A DNA stretch of 64,000 bases from Candidatus Latescibacterota bacterium (lineage in GTDB: Bacteria > Latescibacterota > UBA2968 > UBA8231): the NCBI GenBank assembly GCA_965243025.1, contig CBDETY010000003.1:1472001-1536000 (forward strand), written 5' to 3'. The translations under genes were made by a program, and so were the position numbers. The notes under the pieces were generated by a model, which was given only the letters and a program-made list of their open reading frames with translations, did no database searches and was not told the origin of the DNA. This document shows positions 9,648 to 18,557 of this stretch, one piece after another; the stretch's first letter is position 1; each line of letters begins with the position of its first letter.

Positions 9648-9889
9648 CCAGTGTCCCGTCGCAGAGACAGATTGACAGAATCGGGATGCCGAGGCGCCCG
9701 GCTCACAAGACGCCTGAGCGAGTCGTACCGAGGGTGTACGGCGAGCGAAGGCAACGCCGTGAGCCGGGATTGAGGGAAAAAATCGCACCGGGTTAGGGTT
9801 TCCTTAAACCGCGGTTTTTCCCCTCGAGGTTTTCCCCTCAAATGGATCGGCGTCTCATTGCCGGCCTGTTTTCTGCGACGGGACGCTGG
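9648..9889. mobile_element. MITE/REP-like rod-hairpin element, copy 1 (with nested insert)
   Basis: TIRs CCAGTGTCCCGTCGCAGA / TCTGCGACGGGACGCTGG. Segment 9648-9770 matches the reverse complement of copy 2 (20979-21146) with 7 mismatches in 123 nt. Lies between convergent genes. Confidence 0.85.
9771..9841. repeat. 71-bp hairpin insert nested in MITE copy 1
   Basis: Absent from copy 2. Ends TGAGGGAAAA...TTTTCCCCTCAA form an imperfect inverted repeat, flanked by an AT/AT 2-bp duplication (9769-70, 9842-43). Confidence 0.75.
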
Positions 9890-9890
9890 G

Positions 9891-11123
9891 TCAGCGCCCC
9901 CCCGCGACCAGCTTCTCGTGCTCCCTGGCAAAGCTCGAGCTGCCGTCGTCCTCGATGACCTCCAGGCCGACGCCGCCCTCGAAGCCGGGGATGCTCCCCT
10001 TGTAGAACTCCTGCTGGTAGTTCGACTCGTGGGTGAAATCCAGGGTGCGCCTGCCGCCTCCCGACCCGGGCCAGCTGATCCGGAGAATGCGCTTCCGCGC
10101 CCGGTACTGGTTCGTCGGAATGGGCGCCCCGGGATCGACCCGGTAGCGCTCAATGGCGCCCTCGTCGACCTCGACCCCCAGGCCGGGGGCGTCCGACACC
10201 GCCGCGTACCCGTCGGCGATTTCGAGCCTCTCGTTCAGCAGGTCGTGTTCCCACAGCTCGCTGCAGGTGATGTAGGGCAGCTGCGCGTGCGACAGGGTCG
10301 AGCCCAGCTGCACGGCGAAGGCGGTAGTCAGTCCGGTTCCGACCAGCTGCAGCCAGAACGGCTTGTTGAAGCTCGCCGCCAGGGCGTTCTGGTCCCGGCA
10401 CCCGGAGATGCCGCCGCCGACGACGAAGCCGTCGCTGCAGTGGGCGTGAAGAACATCTTCGCGGAAATGCTCGACGATCGGTTTGCGCACCCGCTCGCGC
10501 AGAATGCGTGCTCCCGTGAGGTCGGTCCCGAGGTAGAAGGGGCTCTCGTACATGCCGACGTTGGGAACCTCGTCCAGGCGCTGCAGCATCACCTCGGCTC
10601 GGGAAGAATTGAGCAGGAAGCCGTTGAAATCGACGTCGAACTTGTAGTCGGCGGGCACCACCTCGCTCACGGTTTCCACCTGCTCGACGATGTCCCACCA
10701 GGGCCGCGCCTTCATCTTGAAGCAGGTGTATCCCCGGGAGATCGACTCCTTTGCCTCCAGGGCCCAGTCGCCGGGGGACATGTCGATGTCCCACCAGGAA
10801 ACCGGGCAGCGGTCCCTGAGCCTGGTGCCGATCAGGGCGTGCGCGGGGGTCCCGGTGGCGCGGCCGACCGCGTCGACGACCGCCATCTGCAGCCCCTGTC
10901 CCAGGCCGTCGTCCTGCATGACGGCAAGCGGGTTGACCCCGTCCAGGCGCTCGAGGTCCCCCCCGCTGCCTCCGTCTCCGTATCCGACGCTGCCGTCGTC
11001 GAGCTCCACCCGGTAGACGTGCACCCGCTCGTTATGGGTCATGGCCCTCTGCATGGCGCGGGTCACGTGCCCGGCGTAGAATGGGATGTTGAGGACGATT
11101 TCCTCCGCTCGCGCGATTTTCAT
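9891..11123 (-). CDS. Mandelate racemase/muconate lactonizing enzyme (enolase superfamily) protein
   Basis: KMK catalytic motif, DFNG, ESP, PGLGVEVD. ATG at 11123 (MKIARAEE). Confidence 0.85.
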   Translation of the reverse strand: MKIARAEEIVLNIPFYAGHVTRAMQRAMTHNERVHVYRVELDDGSVGYGDGGSGGDLERLDGVNPLAVMQDDGLGQGLQMAVVDAVGRATGTPAHALIGTRLRDRCPVSWWDIDMSPGDWALEAKESISRGYTCFKMKARPWWDIVEQVETVSEVVPADYKFDVDFNGFLLNSSRAEVMLQRLDEVPNVGMYESPFYLGTDLTGARILRERVRKPIVEHFREDVLHAHCSDGFVVGGGISGCRDQNALAASFNKPFWLQLVGTGLTTAFAVQLGSTLSHAQLPYITCSELWEHDLLNERLEIADGYAAVSDAPGLGVEVDEGAIERYRVDPGAPIPTNQYRARKRILRISWPGSGGGRRTLDFTHESNYQQEFYKGSIPGFEGGVGLEVIEDDGSSSFAREHEKLVAGGR

Positions 11124-11147
11124 GGTTCGAAGCCTCTTTCCGGATTG

Positions 11148-12647
11148 GTGTCGCAAGTGAGTTCCAAGTATACGGAGTTTCTTCGCCTCTCCAGAGAACT
11201 GGCCGATCTCGGCCACGCCCGCGCCCTGTTGAGTTGGGACCAGGAGACCTGCATGCCGCGGCGGGGAGCCGATGAGAGAGCCCGCAGCATCGGACTGCTC
11301 GCCGGGCTGTACCACGAGAAGCTGACCTCCGGGGCCCTCGTCGACCTGGTGGGAGAGCTTTCGGCGAACCCCCTCGATGCGGACGCGACAGCCAACCTGC
11401 GCCTGGTCGGGCGCGAGCAGGACCGGGCCCTGAAGATCCCGCAGCAGCTCGTCGTCGAGCTCTCCGAGACGCAGGCCCGCGCTCACGAGGCCTGGGTCGC
11501 CGCCCGGGAAAAGGCGGCGTTCGGCGAGTTCGCCCCCTGGCTGGAACGGATTCTCGAGCTGCAGGGGAAGGTCGCCTCCCTGGTCGGGTACGCGGGCTCG
11601 GCCTACAACGCCTTTCTCGACGAGTACGAGCCGCACGCGCGGGTCGAGGAGGTCGCGCCCCTGCTCGGGGAACTGCGCGACCGGCTGCTGCCCCTTGCCC
11701 AGGCGATCCTGTCAAAGGGGAGGCCAAGGCCTGAACTTCTCGAACGGGAGTTCCCGACCCAAGCCCAGGAGGCGTTCGGACGCGAGGTCCTGGCGGATCT
11801 CGGTTTCGACCTGGAGGCCGGCCGCCTCGACGTCTCCGTTCACCCCTTCTGCTCCGCACTGGCCCCGACCGACGTCCGCCTGACGACGCGCTACAACTCC
11901 CGCCGGATGACGGAGTCCCTGTTCGGGATCATCCACGAATGCGGCCACGGCCTGTACGAGCAGGGCCTGCCCGGAGAGGCGATGGGAACCCCGGTCTGCC
12001 AGGCCGTCTCCCTCGGCATCCACGAGTCGCAGTCGCGCCTGTGGGAGAACATGATCGGGCGCAGCCGCGAGTTCTGGGAGCATTACCTGCCGAAGCTGAA
12101 GAGCCGCTTCCCCGGGCAGCTCGAGGATGTGGGGATCGAGCAGTTCCACGCCGCGGTCAATCACGTCGAGGCCACCCCGGTCCGGGTCGAGGCGGACGAG
12201 GTGACCTACAACCTGCACATCCTGCTCCGCTTCGAGCTGGAGCAGCAGCTGGTCGGCGGGCAGCTCGCCGTCGCCGAGCTGCCGGAGCGCTGGAACGACC
12301 TCATGGAAGACTTCCTCGGAATCCGGCCCGAAAACGACGCCGTCGGCGTGCTTCAGGACATCCACTGGTCTTCCGGTCTGATCGGCTATTTCCCGACCTA
12401 CTCGCTCGGTAACCTGTACGCCGCCCAGTTCTTCGAGTGCGCCCGCGTCCGGATGCCCGGACTGATGCGGGATGTGGGCAGGGGGGAGTTCTCCGGACTG
12501 CTGGGCTGGCTGCGCGACAACGTCCATTCCCGGGGAGCCCGGCCGACCGCAGGGGAGTTGATCGAAGAGGTCACCGGGGCGCCGCTTTCGACCGGTCCCC
12601 TGATGGCATACCTGGAAGGCAAGTACGGGGAGCTGTATTCCCTCTGA
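11148..12647 (+). CDS. Carboxypeptidase M32 (Taq type)
   Basis: LLSWDQET.MP, HPF, DVRLTTR, HECGHGLYEQG, HESQS, QDIHW, GYFPTYSLG. Start GTG 11148 or 11157. Confidence 0.95.
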   Translation: MSQVSSKYTEFLRLSRELADLGHARALLSWDQETCMPRRGADERARSIGLLAGLYHEKLTSGALVDLVGELSANPLDADATANLRLVGREQDRALKIPQQLVVELSETQARAHEAWVAAREKAAFGEFAPWLERILELQGKVASLVGYAGSAYNAFLDEYEPHARVEEVAPLLGELRDRLLPLAQAILSKGRPRPELLEREFPTQAQEAFGREVLADLGFDLEAGRLDVSVHPFCSALAPTDVRLTTRYNSRRMTESLFGIIHECGHGLYEQGLPGEAMGTPVCQAVSLGIHESQSRLWENMIGRSREFWEHYLPKLKSRFPGQLEDVGIEQFHAAVNHVEATPVRVEADEVTYNLHILLRFELEQQLVGGQLAVAELPERWNDLMEDFLGIRPENDAVGVLQDIHWSSGLIGYFPTYSLGNLYAAQFFECARVRMPGLMRDVGRGEFSGLLGWLRDNVHSRGARPTAGELIEEVTGAPLSTGPLMAYLEGKYGELYSL

Positions 12648-12866
12648 TATCCGCCCGTGATCCACCCTCGGCGGCGACCGGGCTTCAGGGCGAGTTGTCC
12701 GACAGGCCGCCGACCGCGTTTCCGAAGGCTGTTCCCGGTGGGCAAGGCCAGGCACCGCCCCCGGATGCCCCGGGCGGGTTTCCCGGGTCTCTCGGTGTTT
12801 CCGCGGTCTTGCCCGCGATTGTCCCGGGAACAACAGGGGGGCAATGAGCCGGCGGCGGCCCCCTTC

Positions 12867-13895
12867 TCACCCGATGACCGCCGCGAGCAGGCGCAGGTGG
12901 TTGCCGCCGAGGATGCCTGTCAGGGCTTCCTCTCCGAACCCGCGCCCCGCGAGCCCGGCGGTGATGCGCGGGAAGTCGGCGGCGCTCTCCAGCAGGGTCC
13001 CGCCCCCGTCGAAGTCCGACCCCAGTCCGACCGCACCGGGGCCGGCCACTGACACCGCGTGCTCGATGTGGTCGAGCAGGTGGGACAGGCCGGGGTTCTC
13101 CCCGGCGAGGAACCGGGGCACGAAGGTCAGGCCGACGACCCCCCCTTTTTCGCCGAGTGCGCGGAGTTGATCGTCGGTGAGGTTGCGCGGGTGCGCGCAC
13201 AGCCGGCGGCAGCAGCTGTGAGAGGCGACCACCGGGCCGCTCGAGAGCTCGAGAACGTCCCGGAACCCGGCGTCGTTCAGGTGGGACACGTCGATCAGCA
13301 TGCCGCGCCGGTTCATCGCGGCGACCACCTCGCGTCCGAACCCGGTGAGGCCGCCGCCGGAGACGACCTCGCAGCCGTCGCCGGCGTGCGAGCGCGTGCT
13401 GTGGGTCAGGGTCATGGTGCGCACCCCGATATCGTACAGGGAGTCGATGATGTTCAGGGTGCGGTGCAGGGCGTCGCTGTTCTCGACGGCGAGGACCGCG
13501 GCGATGCGCCCGCGTTCCCTGGCCGCGGCAATGTCCCCTGCGGAAAGGGCCAGCTCGATGTCGTGGGGGTGCCGGGCGATCTCCCTCTTGAGCCATGCCA
13601 GACCGTCGAGGGCGTAGAGCAGATGGTTTTCCCAGGCGTTGGTGACGTCGACGGCGAAAAAGGCGGCATCGATGCCTCCCTGGCGCATCGAGGGGATATC
13701 GAGCTGCAGCGGGGAGACCTCGGGGTCGATCTGCTCCCGCAGGCGGCTGATCGCCCCGCCCCTGCTGCTGAGGTCCCCGGACCGCTCTCCCGCCAGTCCG
13801 GTGTTGCCGCGGAGGATATGGCCGACGGCGGTGTCGTTGTGCGAATCGAGGACAAGGGCTCTGCGGTGCAACTGGGCGGCATCGATCATCGCCAA
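12867..13895 (-). CDS. Membrane dipeptidase (peptidase M19)
   Basis: DSHND, AVEN, IDVSH, ASHS, HPRN, GLGSDFDG. Confidence 0.93.
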   Translation of the reverse strand: MAMIDAAQLHRRALVLDSHNDTAVGHILRGNTGLAGERSGDLSSRGGAISRLREQIDPEVSPLQLDIPSMRQGGIDAAFFAVDVTNAWENHLLYALDGLAWLKREIARHPHDIELALSAGDIAAARERGRIAAVLAVENSDALHRTLNIIDSLYDIGVRTMTLTHSTRSHAGDGCEVVSGGGLTGFGREVVAAMNRRGMLIDVSHLNDAGFRDVLELSSGPVVASHSCCRRLCAHPRNLTDDQLRALGEKGGVVGLTFVPRFLAGENPGLSHLLDHIEHAVSVAGPGAVGLGSDFDGGGTLLESAADFPRITAGLAGRGFGEEALTGILGGNHLRLLAAVIG

Positions 13896-14116
13896 TCTCC
13901 TGCCCTGACTGGTTTCCCGGTTGGCAGCGGAGTTTCTGTTTCAGTAACCACGAGCGCCGAAGCGATGCTGTCCCGGCTGGCTGCCAGGGCCGGACAGGCA
14001 GCCAGGCGACGCCCGCCCCGGCCTCCACGAAGCGGCGATGCCAACGGCGAGGCAGACAAGCAGCGCAGGCAGAGCGGCCACCGGGAACCTGGCGGGGAGG
14101 ATGCGGGTCGAGGTGT

Positions 14117-14650
14117 TCAGCGGTCCCGGTCCAGGGCGATGCGGCTGCCGGTGGCCTTGCTCTGGAACTGGTACTTGCCGCGGTAGGGGTTGGAAGCGGA
14201 GCGGTCGAGCCGCGCGAACACCAACTGGCAGATGCGCCTGCCTCTGTGCAGGCGGATCGGCAGGCGGTTGGCGTTGAACAGCTCGAGGGTCAGGGTGCCG
14301 GAAAAGCCGGGATCGACCCAACCGGCGTTCTGGATGAAGAGGCCGATGCGGCCGATGGAGCTGCGCCCCTCGACGAAGGCGGTCAGGTTGTCGGGGAGCC
14401 GGATCGACTCGAGGGTCGCGGCCAGCAGGAAGGAGTGGGGGGGGATCACGATTTCCTCCCGGTGCAGCTCCTGGTAGCTGATCTCCTGATCGAGCCGCAT
14501 CGCCTCAAGGCGGTTTTCGTCCACCTTGAGGAAGTGATCGCTCAGGCGCAGGTCGATGGAAGCCGGCTGGATCTGGTCCGGGGTGTGGGGATCGACCCCG
14601 AGCTCTCCGGCGGCGAGCAGGTCGCGAATGGCGCCGTCGGAAAGGATCAT
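14117..14650 (-). CDS. dcd: dCTP deaminase
   Basis: MILSD, QPASIDLRL, EGRSSIGRIGL, AGWVDPGF.G.LTLE, ICQL. Confidence 0.95.
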   Translation of the reverse strand: MILSDGAIRDLLAAGELGVDPHTPDQIQPASIDLRLSDHFLKVDENRLEAMRLDQEISYQELHREEIVIPPHSFLLAATLESIRLPDNLTAFVEGRSSIGRIGLFIQNAGWVDPGFSGTLTLELFNANRLPIRLHRGRRICQLVFARLDRSASNPYRGKYQFQSKATGSRIALDRDR

Positions 14651-14690
14651 CGAACCGGGCAGAAGGAGCCGCGGCAGGCGGTCCTGGCCA

Positions 14691-16190
14691 CTATACCGCT
14701 CTCTTCCAGTCCCTGGCGAGCCGGGTCAGCAAACGGACTCCGAAGCCGACGCCCCCCTTGGGTATGTAGGGTTTTGCCCGTGTGCTCCAGGCGGTGCCCG
14801 CGATATCCAGGTGGACCCACGGGGAGTCGACGAATTCCTCGAGCAAAGAGGCCGCGGTGATGGCGCCCCCGGCTCGCCCGCCGGTGTTCTTCATGTCGGC
14901 GACCGCGCTCTTGATCTGATCGCGGTACTCAGGCCACAGCGGCAGCGGCCAGACGCGCTCCCCGGTCTCGTCCCCGGCCTTGAGAACCTTCGCCTTGAGC
15001 TCCTCGTCGTTGCCGAGCATGCCGGCGGCGTGCGACCCCAGGGCGACGACGCAGGCACCGGTGAGGGTCGCCAGGTCGACGATGGCCGCCGGCTTCAGAC
15101 GGCGTGCGTACCCGAGGGCATCGGCGAGGATCAGCCGCCCCTCGGCGTCGGTGTTGTCGATCTCTATGGTTTTCCCGGTGATCGTCTTCAGGACATCCCC
15201 GGGCTTGACCGCCCTGCCTCCGGGGAGGTTCTCCGTCGCCGGCACCAGGCCGACGATGCGGTGGGGAAGGTCGAGGTCGGAAACCGCCTGCATCGCCCCG
15301 ATGACGGCGGCCGCCCCCGACATGTCGAACTTCATGTCGGCCATGCGGTCGCCCGGTTTCAGCGAGATGCCGCCGCTGTCGAAGGTCACCCCCTTGCCGA
15401 CGAAAACCAGGGGCTTGCCCCCCCTGGACGCGTTGTGTTCCAGCACGATGAACCGCGCCGCTTCGCTGCTGCCGCGGGTCACCCCCAGCAGCGCTCCCAT
15501 GCCGAGCCGGCGCATGCCGGTTTCGTCGATCACCTGGCAGCGCAGGCTGCGGCTGCGGGCGATCCTGCGCGCGGCGCTCGCCAGGTAGGTCGGGGTCGCG
15601 GTGTTGCCGGGGTGGTTGGCGAGGTCGCGGGCGAGGGAAGCGGCTGCGGCAATGGCGCGGCCGGCCCTGGTTCCGCGGCGGGCGGCCGCGAGCCTGGACC
15701 GGTCGAACTCGACGATGGCGAGCGAACGCAGCCGCGAGGCCTTTCTTTTTGCAGAGCGGTACCCGTCGAAGCGGTAACAGGCGAGAATGCTCGCCTCGGC
15801 CACCGCCTGGGCCGCCACCTCGACGTCGAGCCCGGCCTCCCCGGCCCCGTGGAGAATGGTGGCGGCTTTCTCGACCCCCAGGCTCTGGAGCTTTCCCGCT
15901 GCGGTTCCGGCGGCCTGACGCGCCGCCTCCGCGTCGAACGATTCCCTCTTTCCGAGGCCGACGACGAGGACGCGGGGGGATTCGATGAGCCCATGGGTGT
16001 AGAGCAACAGGGTCTCGTTCTTCTTCCCCGCGAAATCCCCGTCGGCAATCGCCCTGCCGATCAGTCCGCCGATCTCCCGGTCGACGGCGCCGGTTGCCCC
16101 GCCGGGTTTTCCGACCTCCTCGAACAGGTTGACGATCAGCGCCTGTTCCCGGCGGTTTTGAATTTCACCACGCGCTACTGTAATATTCAT
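14691..16190 (-). CDS. pepA: Leucyl aminopeptidase (M17)
   Basis: VGKGVTFDSGG, MKFDMSGAA, NTDAEGRL, ATLTGA, HLDIAG. ATG at 16190. Confidence 0.97.
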   Translation of the reverse strand: MNITVARGEIQNRREQALIVNLFEEVGKPGGATGAVDREIGGLIGRAIADGDFAGKKNETLLLYTHGLIESPRVLVVGLGKRESFDAEAARQAAGTAAGKLQSLGVEKAATILHGAGEAGLDVEVAAQAVAEASILACYRFDGYRSAKRKASRLRSLAIVEFDRSRLAAARRGTRAGRAIAAAASLARDLANHPGNTATPTYLASAARRIARSRSLRCQVIDETGMRRLGMGALLGVTRGSSEAARFIVLEHNASRGGKPLVFVGKGVTFDSGGISLKPGDRMADMKFDMSGAAAVIGAMQAVSDLDLPHRIVGLVPATENLPGGRAVKPGDVLKTITGKTIEIDNTDAEGRLILADALGYARRLKPAAIVDLATLTGACVVALGSHAAGMLGNDEELKAKVLKAGDETGERVWPLPLWPEYRDQIKSAVADMKNTGGRAGGAITAASLLEEFVDSPWVHLDIAGTAWSTRAKPYIPKGGVGFGVRLLTRLARDWKRAV

Positions 16191-16242
16191 TTTCGCTCTT
16201 CGAGATGAGAGACCGGCCATTCGCACCCGTGCGAAGCCGGGG

Positions 16243-16271
16243 ATTGTAGAATTGCCCAATCCGGGTGTCAA
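16243..16271 (-). promoter_or_regulatory. sigma70 promoter for pepA-dcd
   Basis: Minus strand TTGACA-N17-TACAAT. Confidence 0.75.
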
Positions 16272-16289
16272 GCATCACACGGCCACGGC

Positions 16290-16976
16290 ATGCAGCTGTT
16301 CCTAATCCGCCACGGACAATCGTTCAACAACGCCCTGAATGACGCCACCGCCCGAGTCGCCGATCCAGAGCTGACGGAACGGGGCGTCGAGCAGGCGCGG
16401 CTCGTCGCCGACCACCTCTCCGCCGGGGGCCACCTGGGGGCTTCCGAGCGCCACCGCGGACCGATGCTCGACGAGCTGTACTGCAGCGCGATGATCAGGG
16501 CCCTGCAGACAACTCAACCGATCGCCGGGGCACTGGGGTTGACCCCCCAGGTCTGGACCGACGTTCACGAAATCGGCGGGATCTACCTCGACAACGGCGA
16601 CGGCACCGCAACAGGTTTCCCAGGATGCACCCGCAATGAGATCGCCGCGCGGTTTGCCGGTTTCGACTGCGACGGAATCGGGGACCGCGGCTGGTGGCAT
16701 GGGGGCAGGGAGACTGCCGGCGAGGGGCGCGGCAGAGCGGTTGCCGCCGCCGAAAGGCTCACGGCGCGCGCCGGGGAGCCGCTGCGGGTCGGCGTCGTGT
16801 CGCACGGCGACTTCATGAGCGCCCTGATAAAGGCACTGGCGGATCACCTGCCGAGCTGGGGCCTGCAGTACCACCACGAGAACACCGCGATCACGAGAAT
16901 CGACTTCGACAGACGAGTCGTGGTCGCATACATGAACCGCGCCGAACACCTGCCGACCCATCTCCTCTCGGATTAG
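16290..16976 (+). CDS. Histidine phosphatase family protein
   Basis: LIRHGQS, S.MIRALQT, VVSHG. Confidence 0.9.
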   Translation: MQLFLIRHGQSFNNALNDATARVADPELTERGVEQARLVADHLSAGGHLGASERHRGPMLDELYCSAMIRALQTTQPIAGALGLTPQVWTDVHEIGGIYLDNGDGTATGFPGCTRNEIAARFAGFDCDGIGDRGWWHGGRETAGEGRGRAVAAAERLTARAGEPLRVGVVSHGDFMSALIKALADHLPSWGLQYHHENTAITRIDFDRRVVVAYMNRAEHLPTHLLSD

Positions 16977-17029
16977 CCGAACGCAACCAGGGCCGGCGGT
17001 CTTTGAAGACCTGAAACGGGAGTCTCGTT

Positions 17030-17374
17030 GTGAAGGTATACGCCCTGACCCTCAATCTCGTCGACGATGCCGAGACCATCGAGAAATACAAGGAGTACCA
17101 CCGCAACCCCTGGCCCGAGCCGCTGCGGGGACTGGGGGAGGTCGGCATCACCGACATGAAAATCTTCCTGCTGGGCCGCCGCATGTTCATGTACATGACG
17201 GCTGCCGACGAGTTCGATCCCGGCGTCGATTTCCCGCGCTACATCGAGCAGAACCCCAGGGCCGTCGAATGGGACGAGCTGATGAGGACCTTCCAGGAGC
17301 GGGTGCCCGAGGCGAGGGAAGGGGAGTGGTGGGCCTTGATGGAGCAGGTCTTCGACCTGCAGGATCACGTGTGA
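17030..17374 (+). CDS. L-rhamnose mutarotase family protein
   Basis: Y..YH...WPE, GITDMKIF, W..LM, MEQVF.L. Confidence 0.85.
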   Translation: MKVYALTLNLVDDAETIEKYKEYHRNPWPEPLRGLGEVGITDMKIFLLGRRMFMYMTAADEFDPGVDFPRYIEQNPRAVEWDELMRTFQERVPEAREGEWWALMEQVFDLQDHV

Positions 17375-18504
17375 CGGCAGCCGGTCGGCCCGTGGCCATG
17401 GGGGTTTGCAGGGCAGGTGGCGGGGAGCCCTTCAGCCGCAACTTCTCTCCCGGTCCGGCGCTGCTGCCCGAACCGGTCAGGGAGCAGATAGGGTACCATT
17501 TCGCCTCCAGCCCCGGGGGCCTGTCGATCGTCGAGATCAGCCACCGCAGCCCCGGGTACGAAGAGATCCATCACAGCGCCCTGGCGCGCTGCCGCGCTCT
17601 CTACGGGATTCCGGACGACATCGAGGTGCTGCTCCTTGGGGGAGGGGCCTCGCAGCAGTTCGCCATGGTGCCGATGAACCTGCTGCGTCCCGGGCGCTCC
17701 GCCGACTACATCGATACCGGCTCCTGGTCGCGGAAGGCCGAGGCCGAGGCGTCGCGGCTCGGCAGGAGGACGCGGGTTGCCGCTTCGAGCGCGGACAGGG
17801 GATACAGCTATATCCCGGGACAGGACTCCCTGCGCCTGGATCCCGGCGCCGAGTACCTCCACCTGACCAGCAACAACACCATCGTCGGCACCCAGTACCG
17901 CGGTTTCCCCGACAGCGGCGAGGTTCCCCTGGCCGTCGACCTCACCTCGGATCTGCTGGCCCGGCCCGTCTCCTGGGACCGGGTCGGAGTCGCCTACGGC
18001 GGCACCCAGAAGAACGCCGGGGTCGCCGGGTGCACCCTCGTTTTCCTGCGCCGCGACCTGCTCTCGAGGGAGGAGGACTCGATACCGGCGATCCTCCGGT
18101 ACTCGACCCATTCCGTGGCGGACTCGCTCTACAACACCCCCCCGGTGTTCGCGGTGTTCGTGCTCGATCTCGTCCTCGGGTGGCTGGAGGATTCAGGCGG
18201 CCTGGAGGCCGCGGAGGAGCGCAACGAACGCAAGGCCGGCATTCTCTACGACGTTATCGACGGCGATCCCGCGTACCGGGGCTTCGCCCAGCCCGCCTCG
18301 CGGTCGTCGATGAACGTGACCTTCGATCTCGCCGACCCGCAGCTGCGGAGCCGCTTTTCCTCCGCCGCGGAAAAGCAGGGATTCGTCGGGCTCCGGGGCC
18401 ACCGTTCGTTGGGGGGACTGCGCGCCTCTCTCTACAACGGCATGACGGAAGAGGGGTGCCTCGCCCTCGCCGATTTCATGCGCGACTTCTCCGCCGGCCT
18501 GTAG
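17371..18504 (+). CDS. serC: Phosphoserine aminotransferase
   Basis: NFSPGPA.LP, EISHRS, GGASQQF, TGSWS, SNNTIVG, QKN (PLP Lys), YNTPP, RSSMNV, GHRSLGGLRASLYN. GTGA overlap with the upstream gene. Confidence 0.93.
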   Translation: MTAAGRPVAMGVCRAGGGEPFSRNFSPGPALLPEPVREQIGYHFASSPGGLSIVEISHRSPGYEEIHHSALARCRALYGIPDDIEVLLLGGGASQQFAMVPMNLLRPGRSADYIDTGSWSRKAEAEASRLGRRTRVAASSADRGYSYIPGQDSLRLDPGAEYLHLTSNNTIVGTQYRGFPDSGEVPLAVDLTSDLLARPVSWDRVGVAYGGTQKNAGVAGCTLVFLRRDLLSREEDSIPAILRYSTHSVADSLYNTPPVFAVFVLDLVLGWLEDSGGLEAAEERNERKAGILYDVIDGDPAYRGFAQPASRSSMNVTFDLADPQLRSRFSSAAEKQGFVGLRGHRSLGGLRASLYNGMTEEGCLALADFMRDFSAGL

Positions 18505-18557
18505 AGACTGTTCCTCAGCGGAACGGCCGCGTTTCGCCGCGGTGGGAGAACGGAGGC

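Noticed and set aside
9858-12647. 929-aa ORF suggesting an N-terminally extended M32 carboxypeptidase
   Set aside because: The first ~430 aa are the antisense of the enolase-family gene; the real protein starts at about 11148.
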